From NCBI RefSeq assembly GCF_001194135.2, contig NC_068992.1, positions 48,478,752 to 48,515,969 on the forward strand: 37,218 nucleotides of DNA. The letters are read 5' to 3'. The notes beneath the pieces are model-generated. The model saw only the letters and a list, made by a program, of their open reading frames with translations, ran no database searches and was not told the DNA's origin. Within the stretch, counting starts at the first letter, position 1. Every line of letters begins with the position of its first letter. Position numbers and translations under genes: made by a program. Source of the DNA: Octopus bimaculoides (lineage: Eukaryota). Below, piece by piece: positions 11,122 to 23,741 of this stretch.

Positions 11122-11231
11122 CACAAGGCGTACGCGTACACTTAAAATGGCTGCCTAAACAACAATAAAGTATAATCTGGATTAAAAGAAGTCTGTTAAT
11201 AGGAAACGAACTGGCGTCTGTTCGGCTAACA
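11119..11231. other. Short TG...CA-bounded segment, possible solo-LTR-like remnant
   Basis: Starts TGTCAC, ends CTAACA and contains AATAAA. No TSD or partner copy seen. Confidence 0.2.
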
Positions 11232-11429
11232 ATCAGTGCGAAATATTGTCACCGATGACCGGCAGGTGGCTCCCTTGTCTTGTGTTCAAAAGGTTATTAC
11301 AAGAGAAACATTTGTTATTTACTACTAACAAATGAGATTCGATGCAAACCTCAGTAACGAGATTTGTGAGTAGGTTAATCAGTAAGATTGGAATTCGATA
11401 GAGATGAGATATCACATGTGTTCTGAAAA

Positions 11430-11619
11430 TATCAACATACGCATACAAACATAACATACATGCATACATACCATACGTACATACATACGTACACGCAAGC
11501 CCACACACACGAAAGCTATACGCACGTAAGCACAAAAAGACACAGGCATACACAGACAGATATAGACATACAGAGGTAGTCATCGACCCACATACTGAGT
11601 AACTATATACAAAAATATC

Positions 11620-11661
<42 letters not shown>

Positions 11662-12346
11662 NNNNNNNNNNNNNNNNNNNNNNNNNNNNNNNNNNNNNNN
11701 NNNNNNNNNNNNNNNNNNNNNNNNNNNNNNNNNNNNNNNNNNNNNNNNNNNNNNNNNNNNNNNNNNNNNNNNNNNNNNNNNNNNNNNNNNNNNNNNNNNN
11801 NNNNNNNNNNNNNNNNNNNNNNNNNNNNNNNNNNNNNNNNNNNNNNNNNNNNNNNNNNNNNNNNNNNNNNNNNNNNNNNNNNNNNNNNNNNNNNNNNNNN
11901 NNNNNNNNNNNNNNNNNNNNNNNNNNNNNNNNNNNNNNNNNNNNNNNNNNNNNNNNNNNNNNNNNNNNNNNNNNNNNNNNNNNNNNNNNNNNNNNNNNNN
12001 NNNNNNNNNNNNNNNNNNNNNNNNNNNNNNNNNNNNNNNNNNNNNNNNNNNNNNNNNNNNNNNNNNNNNNNNNNNNNNNNNNNNNNNNNNNNNNNNNNNN
12101 NNNNNNNNNNNNNNNNNNNNNNNNNNNNNNNNNNNNNNNNNNNNNNNNNNNNNNNNNNNNNNNNNNNNNNNNNNNNNNNNNNNNNNNNNNNNNNNNNNNN
12201 NNNNNNNNNNNNNNNNNNNNNNNNNNNNNNNNNNNNNNNNNNNNNNNNNNNNNNNNNNNNNNNTGCGTGTGTGTGTGTCTGTATATACAAGTACGTTTAT
12301 TTATAAACGTATACACGTATGTGTTTGTGTGTGTGTGTATATGTAT

Positions 12347-12401
<55 letters not shown>

Positions 12402-13216
12402 CATATATATATGCGCATATGTATGTACAAATGTATTACACATGCATATATACGCATACACACACATACACTCACTGGCGTTTATATATATGTGTGTGTG
12501 TGTGTGTGTGGTGTGTGTGTGTGAGTGTACCAACATTTGCATATAAACGTATATAAACATGTGCGACAGTGAAAGTGTATGTATATATATTTGTGTGTGT
12601 GTGTGTGTGTATGTGTGTGCGTGTACGGGCATGCGTATGTGTGTCAGTGAGCGTGATGAGTTTTTTATTGATGATATAGCTGGTGCAATCGTCGAAGTAA
12701 TCCTGACTACTGATTTGGTGTGAAGGTGGTGGATTACAAGAGGTGTAATTTAATAATTGATATTGATGTCGAAGAGCGGTAGTGGCGGTGGAGAGCAGTG
12801 AAAAACTGTCAGGAACAGAGGGTAAGTTGGCAGGTTCACAAGTACAACAATATAAGGATCAATTGTCAGGAATATTTTAATACATAAATACGTATACACA
12901 CACGCATGTATGTAAGTATACATATATATATATATGGTTGTATGCATACTTGTATACATATATATATATATATGTATGTATGCATGCTTTTATGCATGGA
13001 TGCACATTTACATACACACGCACGGACATGCACACGTACACACGCATATATATGTATGTATGTATGTATGCTTACATATGATGTAAGAATTGTAAGGCAT
13101 ACTAGTCCATGTTATAAACGGCGCAAATATAATGACATTGAACTAGAATCCTGAATATGCAATATATATATATATATATATATGTATGTATTTATGTATG
13201 TACGTATGTATGCATG

Positions 13217-13247
<31 letters not shown>

Positions 13248-13517
13248 NNNNNNNNNNNNNNNNNNNNNNNNNNNNNNNNNNNNNNNNNNNNNNNNNNNNN
13301 NNNNNNNNNNNNNNNNNNNNNNNNNNNNNNNNNNNNNNNNNNNNNNNNNNNNNNNNNNNNNNNNNNNNNNNNNNNNNNNNNNNNNNNNNNNNNNNNNNNN
13401 NNNNNNNNNNNNNNNNNNNNNNNNNNNNNNNNNNNNNNNNNNNNNNNNGTATATATATATATATATATATGCATGTATGTATATATACATACATATTCAT
13501 ACATACATACATGTATA

Positions 13518-13557
<40 letters not shown>

Positions 13558-13603
13558 AACAACATATATACACATGCATTTATATACGTATCTGTATATA
13601 CAC

Positions 13604-13637
<34 letters not shown>

Positions 13638-13760
13638 GTATTTATCTATGTATAGATTTATATGAAAGTACCTAAGTATATATATATATATATATATATA
13701 TATGAACTTACCTTCACACAAACACTCACCTACATACATACATACATACACACATACTTA
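11430..13760. repeat. Extended TA/CA/TG/TATG microsatellite-rich region with two N-gaps
   Basis: Direct reading; only short unique islands (about 12640-12890 and 13080-13155). Confidence 0.85.
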
Positions 13761-15346
13761 TGTCCAACACAGCGTAAATTAGAACTGAAATATAAATATT
13801 TGAAATCCTCATTTTAGCTGAATGAAAAATATATGCATATTTTATCTATGCTATTTACAGGTGGAAAAAATAGTGACGTAATCTCCTAACTTACAGTTTT
13901 ACGATTTATTGACCGCTCGTCAGAAAAGGCGTATATAACATCCTTTCCCAAAGAGTAGTTCAGATTAGTCGCTGTGTTAAGCGATCATGAATTAAACTAG
14001 CAGTTTGGTTGACATCCTAATTTGCATTCTTATGTTTTCATAGCTCGTCGTCAATTCAGTAATATTTATTTTATGTACAACAATATTCCAATCAGAAGAA
14101 GGTAAATGAATTTTAATATATCCTAAATTTCTTCTCAGGGGCAGAAAATACGTCATCCCAACGAACTGCTAACCCTCTACAATAGGAGTTATAAATGCTG
14201 TTGAATACGCAAAGATCTCACACTGCATTCAAAGAAAGACTACGTGATCATCTGGCACAATGCTGGCCCTTGATAATCCTCAACTTCTTTGTCCCAGATC
14301 TGCTGTTTTATGTCTTCTTTTTTTCTAATTCTTCAACAATGGCATCTGCTTCTTAGTGCTTGCTGATCTCCTACCATTTGTTCTCAAACATTCTTAAGTG
14401 AAGCACCTCTTTTCTTCTCGTCACCTGTATTGAGTCCATCACACTAGGCTCCTGCCCTAACAACTATGTCAATTCCTTCCTCCCTAGAATTTGGCCCCCT
14501 TGAATTCCTTCCCTCCACCTTGCGAATGGTTTTCATATATCCGATATGAGTCACATCTATTCAAGAGGAACGCCAACCTCGACGGCCTCGCCAGTATCGA
14601 AGGTCTTGTAAGACAATAAGCACAGCATCCTCTTCCATCATATAAACCAGAAAAAAAATGAATAAATAATAATATATGTAAGAGTGTACGTGCAGGATAC
14701 ATGTGAATATACAAATAAAAATGTTGGAATAATTCATGGGATTCACGCAGAGCAGTGAGAAACCTGACAACAATATACCTTTCTCTCTTAAAATGTTCTG
14801 ATAGATTCCAATGTTAATATCCAATCGTTGTTATTTTCCTTCAGCGGAGAACACCTCCCCTTTATAAGATATGCATTCATAATATACCGCAACGTCTTAA
14901 AATTCCCTTACACCTGTAAATCGTTTGTCTTATGAACACTCGTTTTCTAAATGAAACAGATGTTCTCCGATGACGTAAAACAACAGCGTTTAGATATTCA
15001 TGTTCGATCCCGTCAGAAGGTATTAACAATGAATAGATACGCTAATATTAAAATAAATATTATATTAATGTCTTATCCATGGGTTTTATGTAGCGTCATA
15101 CAAACACCAACGAGCGAAAATATTTGTATTATATAGCGGCAATATTTATACGTTAAGTTTAAATTTGAAATTGTTGCAGTCTTCTTGTAATGCTTGTTTG
15201 GCGCTGCAGGAAGCCTATGGGTTTTAGGCATAAATTCTTTATTTATATTAATACAGGATTTTATATTTCCACGTGCATTTTGCGTATATGCTTTAATACA
15301 TGTAATAAATTACTTGATAATATGCCTTATGTTAAGTATTCAACGT

Positions 15347-15713
15347 GGAGGCGCAATGGCCCATTGGTTAGGGCAGCGGACTCGCGGTCGTAGGATCGCG
15401 GTTTCGATTCCCAGACCGGGCGTTGTGAGTGTTTATTGAGTGAAAACACTTAAAGCTCCGGCAGGGGATGGTGCCGAACCCTGCTGTACTCTTTCACCAC
15501 AACTTTCTCTCACTCTTACTTCCTGTTTCTGTTGTGCCTGTAATTCAACGGGCCAGCCTTGTCACACTGTTTCACGCTGAATATCCCCGAGAACTACATT
15601 AAGTGTGCACATATCTGTGGAGTGCGCAGCCACTTGCACGTTACTTTCAGGAGAAGGCTGCTCTGTTGATCGGATCAACTGGAACCCTCGTCGTCGTAAC
15701 CGACCGAGTTCCA
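15347..15713 (+). mobile_element. Near full-length tRNA-derived SINE (third family; tRNA-Arg-like head)
   Basis: A-box-like TGGCCCATTGGTTAG and B-box-like GGTTTCGATTCC, followed by about 290 nt of non-tRNA body, so a SINE and not a tRNA gene. Confidence 0.85.
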
Positions 15714-16072
15714 GTTTGTTATCACGGTTTAGAGACCATATATAGATATATTGAAGACTATGAGTAGTATCTGTATTGGAACCTTCTCCCATTTATATAT
15801 ATATATATATATATAGAACCAGCTGCATAGAAAGTGAATACACAGAAAGTGAGTATAACAGTGTCATATTTTATTGTTCTCATATGCACTACAAGATTCA
15901 CGCGACAATATTTTATAGCACAGCAATTCGTATTCTCAAATGTTCAGTTTGCAACCAAGCAAAATTGAGCCGATAGCCAGCGTTTCATATAAATGGTTTC
16001 CCTCACTAATCATTGTATTAGTCATAATAAATAATTTATATACGAAAATCTCGTATTTTCAGCGTGTTTTGC

Positions 16073-16960
<888 letters not shown>

Positions 16961-17124
16961 CAGGCGTATAAGATTAGCTCGTCTTGTGTTGGTGAGCAGG
17001 ATTAAATTGTGTCGTTAAGCAGGATTAAGAATTTACCAATATTTTCAACTCACCGATAAGTCCAGCCTTTAAAACATGGCTGCAGAGATGGTTCCCAGAT
17101 AAACCTTTCTATCTTTTAGTATAA

Positions 17125-17260
17125 CTCATCTCTCAGGTTGCAGCCATGCTGGAATAATTGCCTGCAATTATATCGTTGGTTATATCGGCGTCTACGTCCT
17201 AGGTGGGTGAGATTTGTCCTGTACAGGATTTGAACTTCGAAAGTAAACGGATATTTTCTT
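17125..17260 (-). mobile_element. Possible old SINE remnant
   Basis: GCAGCCATGCTGG and CAGGATTTGAACT resemble reverse-complemented SINE segments seen elsewhere in the window. Confidence 0.35.
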
Positions 17261-17548
17261 ATACTTAATGATATTTACAAACCGAAGTGTCCGTAGTAGT
17301 AGCACTACTATGCGAGCGTGCTCCAATTCCTATCATTTAATTATTTCATCCAACTTTCCGTTGCACAGCAATATCATAGTGAGGACATAATTCCCCAGTG
17401 AAAGTAGCAGTAGCAATGAAAAGCGAATGAACGTATGGACTACGCAGTTAGGCGTTTAATTGTAATTTCATTGGGTAAAGCAGATGATCCTTCAATCTTT
17501 CTACTTTGTATATGACGTTAATTCTTTTAGTGCAAAGTGACTAGATCA

Positions 17549-17878
17549 TTTACTCTTTTACTCTTTTACTCTTTTACTTGTTTCAATCATTTGACTGCGG
17601 CCATGCTAGGGCACCGCCTTTAGTCGAGCAAATTGACCCCGGGACTTATTCTTTGTAAGCCTAGTACTTATTCTATCGGTCTGTTTTTGCCGAACCGCTA
17701 AGTTACGGGGTCGTAAACACACCAGCATCGGTTGTCAAGCGATGGTAGGGGGACAAACACAGACACACAAACACACATACATACATATATATATATATAT
17801 ACATATATATGACGGGTTTCTTCCAGTTTTCGTCTACCAAATCCACTCACAAGGCTTTGGTCGGTCCGAGGCTATAGT
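17549..17878 (-). mobile_element. Young tRNA-derived SINE with an internal CA/TA tract; head lost in the N-gap
   Basis: (TTTACTCT)n tail and body collinear with 3894-4291 and 894-970. Confidence 0.9.
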
Positions 17879-18335
17879 NNNNNNNNNNNNNNNNNNNNNN
17901 NNNNNNNNNNNNNNNNNNNNNNNNNNNNNNNNNNNNNNNNNNNNNNNNNNNNNNNNNNNNNNNNNNNNNNNNNNNNNNNNNNNNNNNNNNNNNNNNNNNN
18001 NNNNNNNNNNNNNNNNNNNNNNNNNNNNNNNNNNNNNNNNNNNNNNNNNNNNNNNNNNNNNNNNNNNNNNNNNNNNNNNNNNNNNNNNNNNNNNNNNNNN
18101 NNNNNNNNNNNNNNNNNNNNNNNNNNNNNNNNNNNNNNNNNNNNNNNNNNNNNNNNNNNNNNNNNNNNNNNNNNNNNNNNNNNNNNNNNNNNNNNNNNNN
18201 NNNNNNNNNNNNNNNNNNNNNNNNNNNNNNNNNNNNNNNNNNNNNNNNNNNNNNNNNNNNNNNNNNNNNNNNNNNNNNNNNNNNNNNNNNNNNNNNNNNN
18301 NNNNNNNNNNNNNNNNNNNNNNNNNNNNNNNNNNN

Positions 18336-18396
18336 GAAAGTTTTTCCATTTCTTTTAGAGAAACGTTGTCATCTGCTGGTAGTGATACATCAATTA
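18336..18396 (-). mobile_element. R4/Dong-like restriction-like endonuclease fragment, 5'-truncated
   Basis: IIDVSLPADDNVSLKEMEKL matches the RLE motif IDxxxPxDxNxxxKExEKxxKY. Starts directly at an (ATA)n tract and runs into the gap. Confidence 0.7.
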
Positions 18397-18405
18397 TTAT
18401 TATCA

Positions 18406-18467
<62 letters not shown>

Positions 18468-18838
18468 ATCATTACAATCTTCATATCTAAGCCGATGTTG
18501 CTCATTAAAAATGACTGCTATAGGTCATGCTTACTGTGCTTAATTTTATACACGAAACAGAAGCATGTCTTTCCATGTATTTTTTAATTATTTTTCTAGT
18601 GAGGGTGGGTAGGGGAAGGGGTGATTACAACCAAATTGTATTTGGCTCAGGGTTAGAAACATTTCTATAGATTGCTGAAAATATTTGCCATATTTATTAT
18701 GTTCCATGCATACACACTCATACATACATATACACATATATATACTTACACAAATATGCATAATATGCATGTGTATATGTGTAGGTACATTACACTTAAA
18801 TTCACAGGAAAGCACCATATGTATGTATGTATGTATCG
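18394..18838. repeat. Left arm of a long inverted repeat (partner 20271-20788), including (ATT)n
   Basis: 18641-18713 is the reverse complement of 20430-20502 with 10 mismatches in 73 nt (hand count). Further collinear blocks lie on both sides. Confidence 0.85.
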
Positions 18839-18902
18839 GAACTTAACAGGCTTTTAGCTAGCAAACTGGCACTCAAAACGTTTGTCCGCTTTCCTTTTTG
18901 TT

Positions 18903-19300
18903 CCCATCCGTCCATCAATTCATCCATCCTCTCCTCTTGTAATTCCTGGAAGAGTGGCAAAGATAGAGTCCTCAGGCACTTCTTCCATAGGAAGCAAACG
19001 TCATTAGACTTTCCAGCTGGATTCTCAAATGTGACCAATGGAAACGATATATATTACCCAACCATTACACTCTTAGTCTATCTCTGGGTCTCCTATCGGT
19101 TGATTCCGTTTGAAGATCCGTCTTGCGATTGTTTCCTGCGACATTTCCATCACATATCCGTAGTGCCAGTGTTGTGACCTCCCAATATGAGAAATAGCAG
19201 CTCCACCTGGAGAGAAACATACCTTTCCCTAAAATATTGCCTAGTTAGCTTAGTAATTGCTTTGTCAGACCGAATTATAGAGTTAGTGACACCAAACACA
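18903..19300 (-). mobile_element. RTE-clade LINE 3' end, decayed
   Basis: SLQVELLFL/IGRSQHWHYGYVMEMSQETIARRIF..RRPRDRLRV*WLGNI..WSHLRIQ resembles the RTE C-terminus VEPLLLxIERSQLRWxGH..RPRGRPRTRW. Ends in a degenerate (GGAT)n tail. Confidence 0.7.
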
Positions 19301-19814
19301 GACGCGAAGTATCCAAACAATTTGTCCAGTGAACGAAACAGAAAAAGCAAAAGATTGTGTGTTGGTCAAAGGGTGGTCCAGCAATTGTAAGGCGGCCACA
19401 ATTTTAAATCAACCGAAATATGTTTGCTATGAATAAATCAAAGATTCCTAATTAATTTGCAATTAGATATCACGTCGATAAGAAGAAATCCAAATTCTAC
19501 GTTCAACGTTTAAGAAAAACAGCGGATAAGGCACGACTCTCACAAAACAAAAGACTAATAAACCGAAAAGAAAAAAAGTATGGAAGAGCGGCGGGAATGA
19601 GATTTTGTTAACAAGAGAGAATAAATGCTTGGCATTTAGTATTTATAGATTAAATCTTCCTTTAGATGATTCTTTAGATATTTTATATTAACCAATTTTT
19701 GGCAGCAACAAAGCAAATGTAAGCATGCCAAATTTTCCTACGGGTGCTGGGTTTTTAAAACGGTAACCTCCGTCCGTTACAGATTTCCTGAAGGGGATGG
19801 ATATTTAACGATTG

Positions 19815-19841
19815 CGTGTGTGTTTATATATATATGTGTGT

Positions 19842-19921
<80 letters not shown>

Positions 19922-20260
19922 ATGTATGTATATACACACACAGTGACTCAAACACACGCGCACGCACACACATACAGACATACATACGAATGAGATATGA
20001 TCGGCATTTATTGCGATACACCGAAACTATCGCAGAATAACGAGAAATATAAGTAGGAGGAAAAGAATATGAAGATGCAAGAAGAAACATACGTATCTTA
20101 ATGTGTGTATATGTGCATATATATATTTGTGCGTCTATCTGTTTATGTATGTACACATGTATAAATGTATATATGTGTGTATATATAAGTGTGTCTGTGT
20201 GTGTGTGTATGTATGCTTTCTTATGAATATACGCATAAAGAACCACAGTATAAACACAAA
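19815..20260. repeat. (TG)n and TA/TG-rich tracts
   Basis: Direct reading. Confidence 0.85.
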
Positions 20261-20270
20261 TAGATACTTA

Positions 20271-20672
20271 GATACATACGTACTTTTTTTTTCTTTATGA
20301 ATGTATGTGTAATGCACCTACACATATACACATAGGTATATGTATGCATATATGTGTTTATTTACATATATTGTGTATATGTATATATAAGTGTGTGAGT
20401 GTACGTATATGCAAAACAACTGCATGTATGTATGCACGGAGTATAATAAACATGGCTAATGTTTTCAACAATCTACTGAAATGTTTCTAACCTTGAGCCA
20501 AAAACAATGTCGTAGTAATGTTATATGATCAATCCTCCCCCACCTTCGCAACCAAAATAGAAAAGCATCTCAGAAGACTAAGGACAGTACGCATGACCCA
20601 TGGCTGCCATTTTTAACGAGTGACATCGTTGAAGTTGATATACGGCTTGCATATGAAGGTAATTGTAGTAGA

Positions 20673-20743
<71 letters not shown>

Positions 20744-20788
20744 TAATAATAATAATAAAAGTAATAATAATAATAATAATAATAATAN
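20271..20788. repeat. Right arm of the long inverted repeat, ending in (AAT)n at a gap
   Basis: See 18394-18838. Confidence 0.85.
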
Positions 20789-21737
20789 NNNNNNNNNNNN
20801 NNNNNNNNNNNNNNNNNNNNNNNNNNNNNNNNNNNNNNNNNNNNNNNNNNNNNNNNNNNNNNNNNNNNNNNNNNNNNNNNNNNNNNNNNNNNNNNNNNNN
20901 NNNNNNNNNNNNNNNNNNNNNNNNNNNNNNNNNNNNNNNNNNNNNNNNNNNNNNNNNNNNNNNNNNNNNNNNNNNNNNNNNNNNNNNNNNNNNNNNNNNN
21001 NNNNNNNNNNNNNNNNNNNNNNNNNNNNNNNNNNNNNNNNNNNNNNNNNNNNNNNNNNNNNNNNNNNNNNNNNNNNNNNNNNNNNNNNNNNNNNNNNNNN
21101 NNNNNNNNNNNNNNNNNNNNNNNNNNNNNNNNNNNNNNNNNNNNNNNNNNNNNNNNNNNNNNNNNNNNNNNNNNNNNNNNNNNNNNNNNNNNNNNNNNNN
21201 NNNNNNNNNNNNNNNNNNNNNNNNNNNNNNNNNNNNNNNNNNNNNNNNNNNNNNNNNNNNNNNNNNNNNNNNNNNNNNNNNNNNNNNNNNNNNNNNNNNN
21301 NNNNNNNNNNNNNNNNNNNNNNNNNNNNNNNNNNNNNNNNNNNNNNNNNNNNNNNNNNNNNNNNNNNNNNNNNNNNNNNNNNNNNNNNNNNNNNNNNNNN
21401 NNNNNNNNNNNNNNNNNNNNNNNNNNNNNNNNNNNNNNNNNNNNNNNNNNNNNNNNNNNNNNNNNNNNNNNNNNNNNNNNNNNNNNNNNNNNNNNNNNNN
21501 NNNNNNNNNNNNNNNNNNNNNNNNNNNNNNNNNNNNNNNNNNNNNNNNNNNNNNNNNNNNNNNNNNNNNNNNNNNNNNNNNNNNNNNNNNNNNNNNNNNN
21601 NNNNNNNNNNNNNNNNNNNNNNNNNNNNNNNNNNNNNNNNNNNNNNNNNNNNNNNNNNNNNNNNNNNNNNNNNNNNNNNNNNNNNNNNNNNNNNNNNNNN
21701 NNNNNNNNNNNNNNNNNNNNNNNNNNNNNNNNNNNNN

Positions 21738-21738
<1 letters not shown>

Positions 21739-21797
<59 letters not shown>

Positions 21798-21810
21798 TAA
21801 TAATAATAAT
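21739..21810. repeat. (CAA)n-(TAA)n microsatellite
   Basis: Direct reading. Confidence 0.95.
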
Positions 21811-22992
21811 CTTTGCTTGTTTGCAACGAGGAGCTGTTTCAGTTCCTCCATTACCACTTCAGGCCCTTTCTTTCAACGTCATACTTCCTGTTCAGTGCCC
21901 TGTAATTTTGGTCGCTTTTAAGCTTCCCTTTCTCTTTTCGACCTAACACAGAAATGTCCTTCTACCATGGATCTTTTCTTTTTCTTCACATCAACACCCA
22001 CATTTTCAGCTACAACAATACTTGCTGCCTTGATCAATTCATTTGTTTCTGTGATGTTATTTTTTCTGATGTATTTCAGAATTTCATTCGCATTTTTCGT
22101 TTCTTGGTTCAATTTCCACCGATCAACCCTTTTAAGGTCGCAAATAATGTCGCTATCGTTCTCTTGTAGCCTTGCCTTTATTCTGTTGTAGATTTCCTTT
22201 TGCACATCTGTCATGCCACCATTAGTTTATTGTCTTCTTCCAGACTATCTATATCTCTCTCTCTCATCGAGCAAGCTACCACTGTTCCTTTCCTGTGGTT
22301 TATTAGAGATATCTCATCTCTGTTTTCTGCTATGAGATTACTTTTATCATTAAGAACTGTATTTTCATCGTTTCCTCTGCTGCTGTTTTCCAATACCCGT
22401 CTTTTGATAGCTTCGAGCTCTACTTCTGTGAACCAACGATTTTTTTCTTATTGCTCTAGCTTGATCAAATAATCTCTGTTCCCTGAGTTGAAACAATACT
22501 CTTTCTCTCCATTGATCATACATACGTTGTCGGTGTCCCCTAATATGAACGCCATTTTTGTCTACAAGGTTGCTCAGGTAGTAACACTCCATGACCGCAG
22601 CATTGATTTGTTTGTTCCATCTACGCCGTGTGTGGTGGTCCCTTTCTGGATAGCGACAGCCTGGAGTCGGACCAGTATATCTGAGCCTGCCGGGTGCAAC
22701 ACTGTCACCATCATTGGCTTCAGTTTCATTACCACCGTTATTCGCAATATTTTGTTTTTTCATAGTTACTCATATGAGGCAGCGATTATCAGGTTGCGCA
22801 GTTACCAATATTTTTATTGTGACACCATCACTAGATGTATCAGCAATCAGGACATGGGTAGACTCCACCCGCTTCCTTTCATTATTATTATTATTAACAT
22901 TGATATTATTATTTTCATTTTATATTATTATTTCATTTTTCTATTTGTCATTGTTAAGATTTACTCTGACCCGACATGAGTTTTAGCTATAT
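21811..22992 (-). mobile_element. R4/Dong-like non-LTR retrotransposon, 5' region of the ORF, frameshifted and 3'-truncated
   Basis: RRRWNKQINAAVMECYYLS..GHRQRMYDQWRER..EQRLFDQARAIRKK, NNITETNELIKAASIVVAE and VVMEELKQ match the N-terminal region of R4/Dong ORFs as recalled. Apparent start ATG at 22979. Confidence 0.8.
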
Positions 22993-23014
22993 TATTATTA
23001 TTATTATTATTATT

Positions 23015-23053
<39 letters not shown>

Positions 23054-23060
23054 ATTACTA
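22990..23060. repeat. (TAT)n-(GTT)n microsatellite
   Basis: Direct reading. Confidence 0.95.
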
Positions 23061-23065
23061 TTATA

Positions 23066-23342
23066 TAATATAGTGTTAATTGAGAAAGAAGGCAAACGAT
23101 GCTGGATCATATATATAGCATGCGCAGCTGACAACAAGGTATACGATAAGGAAGAAAGAAAAGTCGATAGATATGACAGGTTAGCTTCGTAAGTTAAGCA
23201 ATTGTGGTCACTGAAATAGGTAGTAGTAGTACCAGTATCTGTCGGAGCCCTGGGAACAGTGAGTAAAAATCTTCAGAAGTATGTGGAACAAATAGATGTT
23301 GCAATAAAGGTGGAGCACTTACAGAAAATAGCACTGCTTAGA
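23066..23342 (+). mobile_element. R4/Dong-like RLE endonuclease domain fragment
   Basis: IVLIEKEGKRCWIIYIACAADNKVYDKEERKVDRYDRLA..VVPVSVGALGTVSKNL..LQKIALL. Confidence 0.85.
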
Positions 23343-23691
23343 AATTTTTCGTTATTTTACTGGTTGTTTATGTTGTGTGTTCAAGTCTCAGAGAAGGATA
23401 CTTTTTTTCTTATATTTCTGTGGTCCGTGAATTAAGAATCTGTATTTAAGTAGAGTAAGTCGGTCATATTAGCTTCAAAAGATGAGGAAAGAAGGAGGGA
23501 TGAAGACACAGAGAGTAGAAACAGATAGAGAGACAGGGAGAGAGAGATGGAGAGAGAGGGAGGAGAGAGAGTACATAGATGAGATAGCGTAGAGACAGGA
23601 GGGACAGCAGGGGAGTAGGATGAAAGGGAAAACGGATAGTGAGGAAGAGAGAGACTGGTGGATAAAGAGGGAAACATGAACGATTACATAG

Positions 23692-23741
23692 ATACCGGCC
23701 ATGACGAAGGGAAATAACCCTGAAACTCGAGTCGCCTTTAT
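23692..23741 (+). ncRNA. Minimal type-I hammerhead-ribozyme-like motif with one core lesion
   Basis: GGC-C(A)TGACGA-AGGG aaataa CCCT-GAAAC TCGA GTC-GCC: stems I and II, palindromic stem III and a GUC site are all present. Confidence 0.7.

Noticed and set aside
13700-13735. Two perfect minus-strand donor motifs (AG/GTGAGT and AAG/GTAAGT)
   Set aside because: The upstream sequence is microsatellite, so there is no plausible exon.
14220-14660. Protein-like minus-strand stretches (EADAIVEELE, QQIWDKEVEDYQG)
   Set aside because: They need frameshifts and I cannot assign a family; possibly decayed TE.
15347-15420. tRNA gene
   Set aside because: No proper acceptor stem or terminator, and it continues into SINE body.
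17049-17100. Minus-strand exon ending at CG/GTGAGT
   Set aside because: Ambiguous acceptor and frame; no support.
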